This document shows, one piece after another, positions 1 to 11,149 of a stretch of DNA of 62,816 nt (its first letter is position 1; each line of letters opens with the position of its first letter). Location of the stretch: NCBI GenBank assembly GCA_015680685.1, contig MNCI01000134.1:1-62816 (forward strand). The letters are read 5' to 3'. The notes under the pieces are model-generated. The model was not told where the DNA came from. It ran no database searches and worked only from the letters and a program-made list of their open reading frames with translations. The position numbers and the translations under genes were made by a program. Source of the stretch: Gnetum montanum. Taxonomy: Eukaryota; Plantae; Gnetophyta.

Positions 1-197
1 TCAGCTGCCAACTGTGGCCTGATATCATTGTAATAAGGTATTCACTCATGTTGTCATGAACACCAGTTTTTGTCAAGTCTTGTAATAAAGACCGTTCACA
101 TGTCATCCCATTAGTTCCATTTCCCCTAATAATCCCATACCTACCTGATATCATTGTAAGGAACTCGAGGACAAGTTTTCATTCAGTCATGGGGGTA

Positions 198-1296
198 TGA
201 TGAGATGCGATTTGCACTAGGTCGTGATATCGCATCTTCTTCTGCGATATCGCGTCTTCTCCTGCGATATCGCGTACCCGATATCACGGCCACCGCGATA
301 TCGCATCTTCTCCTGCAATATCGCGTCCCGCCACCATTTCTATAAATAAGAGGTGGCACTCCCCTTATTTTCCCAATCCTGGCTAGTGTAGCGAAGCTCT
401 GGCAGATTGATCACTCTAGAGTTAGAATTTTTCCCCATGTGCCCGCAGTAGGAGTCCTAGAGTGAACGGCTCTTTATTCGAGCAGCTTGTAACCTAAACC
501 CAAGTTGTGTATGGCAATAAAGACGAACTTTTTTGGATAAACCTTGCAGCACATGGTTTCATTTATTGCTTTCATTTACTGCTTTCCTAGTGCGTTCAAG
601 TACCACTTGATTATGAGCGTCTATGGACGTGTACGGCTAGTCAAGGAATCGGCTGCTTGACGCAATGCATGAGTACGACTCAATTACGAGCATTGGATGC
701 TTGGTAACCCAGTAGTGTATTCCAGGATTCTGCGCTTGGTAACTCTAGGGTCTAATGTGTATGGCTAGTTGAGGAATCGGCTGCTCATTGCTAGGCTAGA
801 TCGTGTGATAAGTACGACTTAGTTACGAGCACCCACGGGTGTGTACGGCTAGCTAAGGAATCGGCTGCTTATCACACGTAGGCTAAATAGGTGCCTCAGT
901 ACGACCACTTCGAGCACTTGCGTTACGTGTGGCGATCCCAGTAACGATTAGCCTTTGGTAAGCTGCAGTTGCATAGTTCAAGGTGTGTCCAGCAAGTGGG
1001 AACGGATGCTGACGCTAGTTAATCTAGACTTAGATCTTAGTTAGAGTTAGTTTAGTTTCTCAACTCTTTCCTCCTGGTAGCATAGAAGATAAGCCGAAAA
1101 TACTAAAGAAATCACATACCTCAGACTTGCTTAACCATACACCATGACACATACAAGCAAGCCTGGGAAGACAATGAATGATTAACCCCAAGTGTTTCTT
1201 GTGGCGTTAAGGCATTTAGTCTGCGGAGTTCGACCGGATCGCGCGTGTACGCTCGTATTCGTATGGTGGAGTGTAGGGGTACCTCGCCAATCATCA
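198..1296 (+). mobile_element. 3' LTR of an Athila-like Gypsy element, young and CpG-rich; 1-197 is the internal 3' end with the PPT
   Basis: Termini TGATGAG (198) and ATCATCA (1296); purine tract catgggggta immediately upstream; TATA-like tataaataa near 341; aataaa at 517. The same PPT/LTR junction recurs in reverse at 59851-59900. Confidence 0.85.
226..330 (+). repeat. Short tandem repeats (cgatatcgcRtcttctcctg-like) in LTR U3
   Basis: About 6 copies of a gatatcgc core at roughly 15-19 bp spacing. Confidence 0.85.
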
Positions 1297-1767
1297 CTAG
1301 GGGTTTGTAATCTAAGACTATCCACCTATAGAGATTAGGCTCTTAGTTTTAAGGCTTAATATAATGTAATAAGTTAAATTTGTAAGTCTTGATAATTAAA
1401 TTAGTAGATATGATTAGTTAGTTTAAGTTATGGCCTCTTCAGGCATAGTTTAAGATGTCATAAAATTTTCAAGTACTTAAATGATAAATTTGACCTTGTC
1501 ATTAACTTTAGAAGGATAGAAAATGTTAGAAATGACTATTCATTTATTAATAATGAACATTGTATGCCTAAGTTATGCTAAAATGGGTATTTAAGGGTCT
1601 TAACATTCTATGCTAAGCATGGAGTAAAAAAAATAATTTTTGGAGTTCAATGGGGTATATCTAACTTAAGCATTACATCCAAGAGATTGAAATCTAAAGG
1701 AAATGGATCTTTGTTTGCAAAACAATATGTATGGCTTCTAGAGTTGAAAATTTTAGGCATGGAAAAC

Positions 1768-1824
1768 AAGACTTTCCAATAGGTCATCCATCCTAGTACT
1801 ACTCCAAAGTAAGCATGCTTAATT
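1768..1824 (-). mobile_element. 5S rRNA-derived Pol III box domain, Cassandra TRIM-like LTR remnant
   Basis: Minus strand aattaagcatgcttactttggagtagtactaggatggatgacctattggaaagtctt aligns with the plant 5S core AGTTAAGCGTGCTTGGGCGAGAGTAGTACTAGGATGGGTGACCTCCTGGGAAGTCCTC; flanks are not 5S-like. Confidence 0.75.
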
Positions 1825-1938
1825 ATGAAATTTTTATCTCACTTGCTACCAAGGTGCCAAATTTCTTTTTGGAAATTTTTCCTCAATGTTTTAAATTTAA
1901 TTTTACCACATATTTTCCTAGTTTTTTCAAATTTTTCA

Positions 1939-2481
1939 TTAATTGACATAAAATTTTATAGTTGATGGTATGGCTAGTTGGTGGTGTCTACAGAGCTGTG
2001 TGAAAGATAGAATTCCATGATGTCCATGAAACTTTGTGAAAGATAGCATTCCATAGTGTCCATAGTGTCTATGAAGCTCCATGGAAGGTAACCTTGCATG
2101 GTTTTTGCAAAGCTTTGTGGGATGCAACATTCCACAGTGTGTGTGGTGTTCATGATGCTCTATGGGAGATAAAATTCCATGATGTTCACAATGCTCTATG
2201 GAAGGCAACATTCCACAATGTCTATGGTGCTTCATGGGAGGTAGCATTACATGGTATCTATGGCATTCACAATGCTTTGTGGAAGATAACATTCTATAGT
2301 GTTCATGGTGCTTCATGGGAGGTAGCATTCCATGGTGTCTATAGTTCTCATAGACACTATAGACTACTAAAAGTTCTAGCTTATTTTTTAGTGAAGGTGG
2401 AGCAAGGGACAAATGTTCTTGATGAGTCCATCGCTCCTGTTGAAGTTGCATAGTTGCTCCGCTCCCTAACCTCCCCCACAT
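1939..2481 (-). CDS. His/Met/Pro-rich tandem-repeat ORF (about 9-10 units of HxHHGMLPPxEH); possibly the C-terminal extension of the split PLAT gene
   Basis: 180-aa ORF built from 36- and 45-bp units, all multiples of 3; same strand as, and directly downstream of, the PLAT remnant at 2648-2736. Confidence 0.4.
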   Translation of the reverse strand: MWGRLGSGATMQLQQERWTHQEHLSLAPPSLKNKLELLVVYSVYENYRHHGMLPPMKHHEHYRMLSSTKHCECHRYHVMLPPMKHHRHCGMLPSIEHCEHHGILSPIEHHEHHTHCGMLHPTKLCKNHARLPSMELHRHYGHYGMLSFTKFHGHHGILSFTQLCRHHQLAIPSTIKFYVN

Positions 2482-2647
2482 TGGAGCATCTATCTACATC
2501 TATAGATGTTTTCTAGCTCATGGCAGATCTATTGTAGGCCATTAAGTGGCCTTTGATTGCACTTGGGAAAGGTGTAGTGTATGCGGTTTCTTGCTTTGGG
2601 GCAGTGCAACATGGCTCAAGTGCAGTAGTAGACATAAGCATAGTGTA

Positions 2648-2736
2648 TTATTTAGATATATAGAGGGGAATAGGCCTTTTGTTGTGGTTGATTCCTTCAT
2701 GATCATCCTTATTGATGATATAGGTGGGATTGATTG
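2648..2736 (-). pseudogene. 3' part of PLAT/LH2 paralog A, separated from its 5' part by the Copia insertion
   Basis: Joining 7579 to 2736 reads KKWITPINPTYIINKDDH, which aligns with RPWLTPVHPIIVVDLRNC of the 14908-15656 paralog. Confidence 0.65.
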
Positions 2737-3197
2737 TTATGTGTTAAATGTGTTTAATTATTAAACATGGTTTTTTTACTTATCCTAGTCTTTAGGAATT
2801 ATCTTAGACATTTGGTTGCTATTTTCATTCTTTAGAAATTGAATGGTTGACTGTTAGAAAAGTGGAAGGCTTTGCTGTTATAGAGGTTGAAGGATCAATC
2901 ATTATAGAATTTAAAGGATTGACTGTTATAAAAGTTATTATTTTCCATTAATGTATTTGCCTATTTAAAGGCCATTATCAATTGAACAAAAACATACAAA
3001 TTCAGTTACCTTTGTTTGTCCCTATTTTGTTATCCTTTTTTATTTAAGACTAGTAGTGCATAGCCTCAAAGGCTGATAGTGGTATGGAAGCTCTGTTTAG
3101 GAGGCTAGAGAGAAAGCCTAGTTTAGAAGGCTAGAGAGAAAAGCATAGTAGTGCACCCAATTTAGAAGGCTCAAGAGAAGAGCATAGTAGTGCATAA

Positions 3198-6100
3198 ATG
3201 GCCTCTACAAATTTTGTGCAACCTGCCATCCCACATTTTGATGGTCACTATGATTATTGGAGCATGTTGATGGAAAATTTCATGAAGTCTAAGGGGTACT
3301 AACAAGTTGTTGAAGATGGTGTAGTAGCACCCACAACTGAGGTTGTGCTCACAAATGAACAAAGGAAGAAGCTAGAGGGACTGAGGCTAAAATATTTGAA
3401 GGCAAAAAATTATTTATTTCAAATAATTGATCATTCTATCTTGGAGACTATTCTTAGCAAAGAGACTTCCAAGGATATTTGGGATTCTATGAAGATGAAA
3501 TATCATGGGTCTTTGAGAGTAAAGTGCACATAGCTTCAAGCCTTGAGAAGGGATTTTGGGACTTTGAAAATGAAGGATGAAAACTTTGTTATCAACTATT
3601 GTGAAAGAACAATGGGGATATCCAATAACATGTGATTTCAAGGTGAGAAGATGGATGATGTGATTATCATTGAGAAGATATTGCATTCCCTATCCCCCAA
3701 GTTTGATTATGTTGTTTGTTCAACTAAAGAATACAATTATATTGATGTACTTTTCCTTGATGAACTTCAAAAAAATTTTCTTAGTCCATCAAGAAAAGAT
3801 GAATTGAAATTCAACTTCTAACAAGCAAGCTTTGAAGGCTTCTACTTTTACTTATTCCTCAAGAGGAAGAGGTAGAGGAAGAGGAGATCAAGGCAATAGA
3901 TATGTCAGTGGACATTTCAAAGGGGATGGTGATAAATTTCAAGGAAAAGGTAGCGGACAAGATGAAAAATCTAAGGTGGAATGCTTTAGATGTCATAAAT
4001 ATGAACATTATCATTTTGAATGCTACATTAAACTACCTAGTGACAAAGGAGAGAAATCAAATTTTGTAGAAGAAAGGAAGTTTGAGACTTTGTATGTGGG
4101 TACTAGCTACAACAACCATATGTGTGGATGTAAGTCTTCTTTTTCTTACTTAGATGAAAGTTTTCATTCTATAGTAAGTTTTGATGATTGTTATACTGTA
4201 AATGTAATGTAAAAGAGGGGATATTAACATTAGAACCAAGAATGGTTTTGTAGAAATAATTTCCAATGTTTTCTATGTTCTTGATTTAAAAAGCAATTTG
4301 TTAATTGTTGGTAAATTGCAAGGGATGGGTTAGGTAACAACCATTCAGAAGGGTGCTTGTGAAATTTATGATTCTTTAAGAGGAGCTATTGTAGTTGTTA
4401 AAATGAGCTTCAAAAAATTATTTCCATTAAGGATTGAAAGTGCTCAATCTTGCTTGAAAGCTGAAGTAAAAGACCCAACATGGCTTTGGCATTTTCATTA
4501 TGGCCACATGAATTTTGGAGAATTAAAGACTTTGCAACAAAAACATATGGTGACTAGTCTTCCTCAAATTACAATTCCTTCTAAAGTTTGTGAAGAATGT
4601 GTTATTGGTAAACAACATTGTTCTCAATTCATTTAAGGAAAATCATGGAGAGCAAAGAATGTCCTTGAGCTAGTTCACTTAGACATTTGTGGGCTAATAA
4701 AACCATCTTCAAATTGAGGTAAGAGGCACTTAATCACCTTCATTGATGATTATTCTTTAAAAAGTTGGGTTTTTTGTTTGTAGGAGAATTCCAAAGCTTT
4801 TAATTCATTTAAAAGCTTCGAGGTGTGTGTTGAGAATGAGTTTGGAAAGATCGTTAAGACTCTTCATACAAATCATGGAAAAGAATATTATTCAAAAGAG
4901 TTTAATGTTTTTTGTGAGAATCATGGCATTCAAAGATAGCCCATTGCCCCCTATACACCACAAACAAAATGGTGTATTAGAGAGGAAAAATATAACCATC
5001 CTCAATATGGTGAGAAGCCTCTTGGCAAGAGGAATTATTCTAAAGAGTTTTTGGCTAGAGGCTATGAATTGAAGCATCCACGTTTTGAATAGAAGTTTTA
5101 CCTTTCTTATTCAAAACATGACACTAGAAGAGGGTTGGAGTGGAAGGAAACTAGCAATGGATCACTTTAGAATCATTGGTTGCATTGCCTATGCACATAT
5201 CCCCAATGAGAAGAGGAAGAAGCTAGAGGATAAGGGTGAAAAATGTGTCTTTCTTAGCGTAAGTGAAGCATCCAAAGCATATAAACTATATAATCCTTTG
5301 ACAAAGAAGATTTTGACTAGAAAAGATGACATCTTTAATAAAGAGAGTACTAGCAATTGGAATGGGCAGTAGCCTACTTCAATTATTTTTTATAGTGAAA
5401 TTACAAACTTTGTAGCACTCAAAACTACAGAACCTAGAACTAAAAACTTCGAAGCACCAAGAACTATGGAGTTAGAGACTTTACCAACAACAAAAATAGT
5501 TGAATCTCACTATATTTGTAAAAGATCCTTATTGATGATGGATTATGAGGTAATTGGGATTGACCAATCTAATGACCTAATCATCCACTTTGCATTGTTT
5601 GTAGATTGTGATCCCACAACTTTTGAAAGTACTATTAAAGAATAAAAATTGAGAAATGAAATGGAGGATGAAACTGAAGCCATTAAGAGAAATGGTACTT
5701 GGGAGCTGGTTAATCTTCCAAAAGGGCACAAAACCATTAGTGTGAAGTGAATCTTAAAAACTAAACTAAAGGAGACTGGTGAAGTTGACAAGCATAAGAT
5801 GTGAGTGGTGGCTAAGGGATACAAGCAAGATTATGGAATTGACAATAAAGAAGCCTCTTCTTCTATTGAAAGGCATGATACAATCATATTGGTGATTGCA
5901 TTTGTAACACAAAGTTTATGACCTATCTTACAAATGAATGTCAAGTCTACATTCTTGCATGGAGACTTGGAGGAATAGGTATTTATTGATCAATCCCTTG
6001 GTTTTGTGAAGGTTGATAGTGAGAACAACATGTATAAATTAAAAAAGGCTTTGTATGGGTAAAACAAGGTCTAAGAGCTTGATATAGTGATATAAATACC

Positions 6101-7112
6101 TATTTTTCTAAGGGATTTCAAAAATGTCCATATGAGCATACACTTTTTACAAAGATTGATGGAGGAAAAGTGCTCATTGTATGTTTATATGTTGATGATA
6201 TTATTTTTACTAGGAATGATAGTGATTCATTTGAAAAATTTAAGAAGTCAATGATGGATGAGTTTGAAATGGCTAATCTTGGAAAAATGCATTACTATCT
6301 TGGCATGGAAGTAGTGCAATCCCCCATTGGAATGTTTATTTCTCAAAAGAAGTATGTCAAATAAATTTTGAAGAGGTTTAAGATAAAGGATTACAATCCT
6401 GTAAGCACTCCAAATGAGATTGTCTTGAGGATAAATAGAGATCCTAAAGGAAGCAAGGTGGAGGCTACACTTTACAAGAAAATTGTTGGGAGTCTAATGT
6501 ATTTGACTACAACCAGACCCAATATAATGCATGGTATGAATATTATTAGCAAATACATGGAATATCCAAAGAAGATGCATTTGTTGGCTACTAAAACAAT
6601 ATTTTGTTACTTGCAAGTGACTAAATATTTTGTGTTGTTTTACAAGAAAGGTGAGAAATCTGATCTTGAAGGATTTACTTATAGTGATTATGCAAGAGAT
6701 CAAGATGATAGGAAGAGCACTTTAGGAAATGTTTTTATGAAGGGCATAGGGGTTGTTTCATGATCATCCAAGAAGCAATCAATTGTCACATTGTCTACCA
6801 TAGAGGTTGAATTTGTTGCTGCAACAACTTGTGCTTGCCAAGGCTATTTGGCTAAGAAAAATTCTTAATGAGCTATATTTCAAGGAAGAGGGGGCTACTA
6901 TAATTTTTTGTGACAAAAATTCCATCATAAAGTTATTCAAAAATCCTATGCTACATGGAAGAAGCAAGCATATTGATGTAAGATTTTACTTCTTGCATGA
7001 TCTATGCAATGATGGTATTATTGATTTGGTGTTTTGTAAGATTGAAGATGAACTCTCTGATAATCTAGCCAAACCCCTCATGTTATCAACATTCCAAAGA
7101 TTGAGAAAATAG
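3198..7112 (+). pseudogene. Copia gag-pol, multiple stops and frameshifts
   Basis: MASTNFVQPAIPHFDGHYDYWSMLMENF; zinc knuckle CFRCHKYEHYHFEC; LWHFHYGH...CEEC; QNGVLERKN; CLYVDDII; YSDYARDQDDRKST; HGRSKHIDVRFYFL. Confidence 0.95.
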
Positions 7113-7289
7113 CTTAGATTCTACATGTTGAATGATTCCTGTTAGACTAATAATTTGCAAAATTTTAGTTTACAAGAGGGTGTTAAATGTGTTTAATTGT
7201 TAAATATGATTTTTTTTGTTAGTACTAGTCTTTAGGAATGATACTTAGGGATTTAGTTGCTATTTTTATTCTTTAGAAGTTGAATGTTC

Positions 7290-7420
7290 AACCATTATAG
7301 AAGTTGAAGGGTTGGTTATTATAAAAGTTGAAGGGTTGGCCATTATAGAAGTTGAAGGGTTAGCCATTATAGAAGTTGAAGGATTGGCCATTACAAAAGT
7401 TAAAGGTTTGACTATTATAT
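7290..7420 (+). repeat. 24-bp tandem repeat (ccattatagaagttgaagggttgg) in the Copia LTR
   Basis: About 5-6 units in the 3' LTR versus about 4 more diverged units at 2847-2935 in the 5' LTR. Confidence 0.85.
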
Positions 7421-7578
7421 AATTCATTATTTTCCTATTTAAAGGCCATTATCAGTTGAATAAAAAAAGTAGAAATTCAGTTGCATTTGTTTGTCCTTAT
7501 TTTGTTATGTTTTGTTGTTTTCTTTTATCTGAGGCTAGTAGCGCAAAGGATAGTAGTGCATAGCATTAGATGCTAATA

Positions 7579-8058
7579 GAGTGATCCATTTCTTAACTAA
7601 GAAGAATTGATCAATGGAAGAGGCATTGTATGCATTGTTTATGACCTAAACATGGCTACAATACTAGTTCAAGAGAGTGTTGATGCCATTTGATTCCAAA
7701 ATGATCTTGCATGACACCAATCCTAGGCACATCTTCTATCCATTGAAGAGATCTATATTTTCAATATGGAAGGAATCCCAATCAGATCTCATGAGTACAA
7801 TATTCTTCAAATTAGAAATCATGATGTCATTGTCTTCCTTCTCTAACAATGTCATGCTAATCACCAGACTTATTCTTATGAAGCCCTTCCATTCCATCTG
7901 TATGAACAACACATACACATAATTTTTATTTACATACGAGTATTTGATGGACTATGAAACTGTCATTGTTGTTGTAAATAGTCACAACAGGAAAAGTACA
8001 CTCACCATTATCATCATGAACATCTTGATCTTCTTTTGCTATTGTGAGATGATGCCAT
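7579..8058 (-). pseudogene. Secreted PLAT/LH2-domain gene, paralog A (intronless, in-frame stops)
   Basis: MASS..KKIKMFMMIMVSVLFLL*LF signal peptide, then NKNYVYVLFIQ...MTLLEKEDNDIMISNL...DSFHIENIDLFNG*KMCLGLVSCKIILESNG...*YCSHV*VI...QFFLVKKWIT. This follows the plant PLAT pattern CxY...TG..GTDS...FERGNLDIF..CL...WY...VEV...WL. Confidence 0.85.
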
Positions 8059-8110
8059 TGTTACTTGCTTTAGGTTTCTAGTTCTAAGATAGATTTCATG
8101 AAGGCCAACA

Positions 8111-8146
8111 TTGTTGTTGTTGTTGTTATTATTATTATTATTATTA
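8111..8146. repeat. Compound (TTG)n(TTA)n microsatellite between the putative TATA and 5' UTR of PLAT paralog A
   Basis: ttgttgttgttgttgttattattattattattatta. Confidence 0.9.
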
Positions 8147-8199
8147 TATAGTTTTAAATTTTCCAACTATAGAGTTGTAGGGATCACAAGCAACATGAG

Positions 8200-10592
8200 A
8201 CAAGCAACAAGTAGTATTAATGAGCATCATTGAAGGGCCAAGGATGATTAATCCAAAGCCACAAGGTCAAATTTTTTTTGATATGAGAATAACCATGGCC
8301 AAGGAATTTGTGTATAAGAGAATAATATCTATCCATGGTAGCATCCAAGGGTTCATGGTTTCTTTACTTCCATCCTTGGATCTATCTTCTCAGATTAGGT
8401 ACTCTAGAGTACATCTGATACTTATCATTAAATCACTCAAGCACTGTACTCCATCTATAGATGGATTCTAGCTCTAAGGACAAGTACTAGCTTTTTGCTT
8501 CTTTGATGAGTGTCCTAGAAAATAGCTTGATTTTTTACCTATTATTTTTTATATTCTGTAAGGCACAGACATCATGAAAAGCTTAAAGATGTGTCTATGG
8601 ATCAGAATTATATCCACCCTCAAATCTAGGAATATTGCTCATATCAAGTTGTCTGATCCAACTATCTTTCACATACCTAGTTAAAATTTTTATAGCCTCT
8701 ACAATATTTAGCATGCTTTGAGTTGCCAACAAAGGCTCATCATCATCATTATTTTTTTGTCACTGATGATGTCTTTGATCATTGTGAACCTAGTGATCAT
8801 CATGATTGTCTCGTTATTCACCTCCATCATAGTTGTTCTTTCTACGACATTTTTAGAACTAGAAGAGGAAGAAGAAGATGTAAAAGAATAGGGCAAAGAA
8901 AAAGGAGGATCACCACCACCATGGTATTTGCAACTCCTCTTCGGTTTTCACAGCCACGTTTGTTAGTTTTCTTATCATCTTGACTCCTTTCTGAGTCCCT
9001 ACCTTGACTACCATCTTTACCTAAACCTAGATTTTTGATAGTGGGTCATAGATTTAGGGCCACAACCCCATCACTAGTAACAAGGGTTGGAGAATTTTCA
9101 TGTTGAGAGCACCTAGAGGAAGGATTTTCATTGTCATCTTGGTTAAGCAAGAACAATGGATTTGTGAACTATTTTCCCTTCACAAACTCATGATGTTTCT
9201 CCTCGTGTCAATCTCTTTGGCATTGTGTTTCAGTGGGATGGTAGTTTCAATCATCATAATCATGCACAACATAATTTTCTTGAAGATCTTGGATGCCTAG
9301 CTTCTTAAGAATTTGAAGCAACATCATGGGCATAGATTGATTGGAAGGCATTACAATGTTTCCTTCTATGTCACACCATCGTAGTTGCTCATCCTAAAGT
9401 AGGATGAAGGTAAAATTAGGCACATACTCATCTAGGTGAGTATATACCACCTTGCATTCTTGAGGGATTGGCGCTTTAGCATCACCATGCCTGTGAAAAG
9501 AAGAAATTTTGCAAGACAAATAAAAATATTAGTGTGCTTATGTAATTATATTATTTAAGAACGATGTTGACCTTAGGGTTCATCCAATGATGTTAGTGAT
9601 GTTTACTAAACCTAGATAGCACATGTTTCAAACAAGCATCCCTAGAAATAATGCTAATGAAGAGCAGTGAAGCGTACCCCTACGCCCAACCATACGAATC
9701 ACGAAGCATTTATGCATCATCCTATCGAAATCTACAAACTCTATGTCTTCTAGCAAATTAATTTTCTAGGAAGTAAACTTTGCCCTAATAGTCATTCATT
9801 GTCTTCTCAATTACACTTGTGATGTACAAAGGTATGGTTAAGTGTAATCATGACATATGATATTTGTTATTTTATGTTTTATACTCTTGGTGCTTAAAAT
9901 AGAGAATTGAAGTATTTTAATAACTAATTTAACTTAACTAATTAACTCTCTAACTAATCCTAACATAAGCATCTAATCCCACTTTCCATACACATTCTGA
10001 ACCCATGTATCCATTGTTGGTGTTACCAAGTGCGACGCTACTAGGCAAACCAAGTAATAATGCTACTAGGATTACCAAGCAAATACATGTTTACACTTGA
10101 AGTAGTCATACTTATGTGTTTAATCTATTTAGCTTAATTAATTAAATAATCACTTGAAGTCTAATTTAGCTTAATTAATTACATAATTAATGAAAATAAT
10201 AAATACATAGATAAATTATTAATCTAATCCAAGTGTTGCAAAGTTTGATCAAAAGGCTTGTCTTTATTGTCCTTCACACTAGTGTGGTTTAGGTATGACA
10301 GTGCTTGAATAAAGATCCATATACATTCTGACTCCTGCTGTAGGCACTCAAAGAAATATTCTAACTCTTGAATGGAAAAACTACAAGAGCTCTACTACAA
10401 TTATCACTTGACTCCCATAAACACAACTGGTGAGCATGTATTTATAGTTTTTATTCTAGACCTACATCGACAAGGCCCCATAGATGCAAAACATGCTACA
10501 TTAAGAATGCCTCATTGATGGGGAAACACCACATAGACAGGGTCGTGTCAACGGGGCCTTGTTCATGAGGCCATGTCAATGGGGACCCATCA
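8200..10592 (-). mobile_element. Truncated Athila-like element: 5' LTR (9658-10592, ends at an N), decayed Asp-PBS, gag remnant
   Basis: 9658 onward is the reverse complement of the 198-1296 LTR end; then minus ttagcattatttctagggat, resembling CpG-decayed tggcgccgttgccggggat; gag-like RR*IQGWK*RNHEPLDATMDRYYSLIHKFLGHG near 8290-8400. Confidence 0.75.
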
Positions 10593-10732
10593 NAAGTATA
10601 CATATATGACATATATTTATATTCATTTTCTTTTAATAATAGTACAAAGTTAGTTAGAGTATTCAACTATTGGTTTGTAAGTCCCAAGTTTGATTTTGAT
10701 AGGTACGTTGATTTAACACCATTATCTTTAAA

Positions 10733-10795
10733 TGAGGTGTTAACTTTATGGTAAGAGTGTTGGTCTTGAAATCATAGGTTACAGGTTCAACTGGG
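10733..10795 (+). mobile_element. tRNA-like SINE head (A and B boxes)
   Basis: gaggtgttaactttatggtaaga...aggttcaact; related copies at 10900-10996(-), 37330-37422(-), 38178-38240(+) and 57100-57175(-). Confidence 0.55.
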
Positions 10796-10899
10796 ATTCA
10801 CTATACTAAAAAGAATTTTGAACTACTTTATCTAATGGATCTAGGAGGGCCTTAATATCTAAAATAATTGAAACATAAGTACACAAGAAAGATATATAG

Positions 10900-10996
10900 T
10901 CCAATTAAGATTTTATAACTCAGCATTATCCACCAAAATCAAACCTATAACTTGGAACTTCCAAATCAAGAGTCATACTACTAAGGTAACACCTCA
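10900..10996 (-). mobile_element. tRNA-derived SINE-like repeat
   Basis: Minus tgaggtgttaccttagtagtatgactcttgatttggaagttccaagttataggtttgatttt has A-box and B-box-like motifs and closely matches 37330-37422. Confidence 0.6.
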
Positions 10997-11149
10997 AAAA
11001 AAATATTTACGGTCAAAAGTCATTTGCTGCATCTCTTAATATACAAAATATACAATCAATAAAGAAAATGATGAGATATAGTTATGTATTATAGGGTTTC
11101 CATGATGTTTTAATTAAATTTTTTGGCCAATGGGCCATTACCAGTGAGA

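Larger units (their letters stand above)
2742..7578 (+). mobile_element. Full-length degenerate Ty1/Copia LTR retrotransposon
   Basis: LTRs 2742-3078 and 7181-7578 both start tgttaaatgtgtttaatt; Met-PBS-like tggtatggaagc at 3080; PPT caagaggg at 7173-7180; order gag, integrase, RT, RNase H. Confidence 0.95.

Noticed and set aside
1768-1824. Functional 5S rRNA gene
   Set aside because: Only the internal ~57 bp match, with substitutions; the 5' part and terminator context are missing.
2094-2453. Plus-strand 119-aa repeat ORF
   Set aside because: It is the antisense shadow of the longer minus-strand His-repeat ORF and has no independent support.
10733-10996. Functional tRNA genes
   Set aside because: No complete cloverleaf is evident; the copies are degenerate and dispersed.
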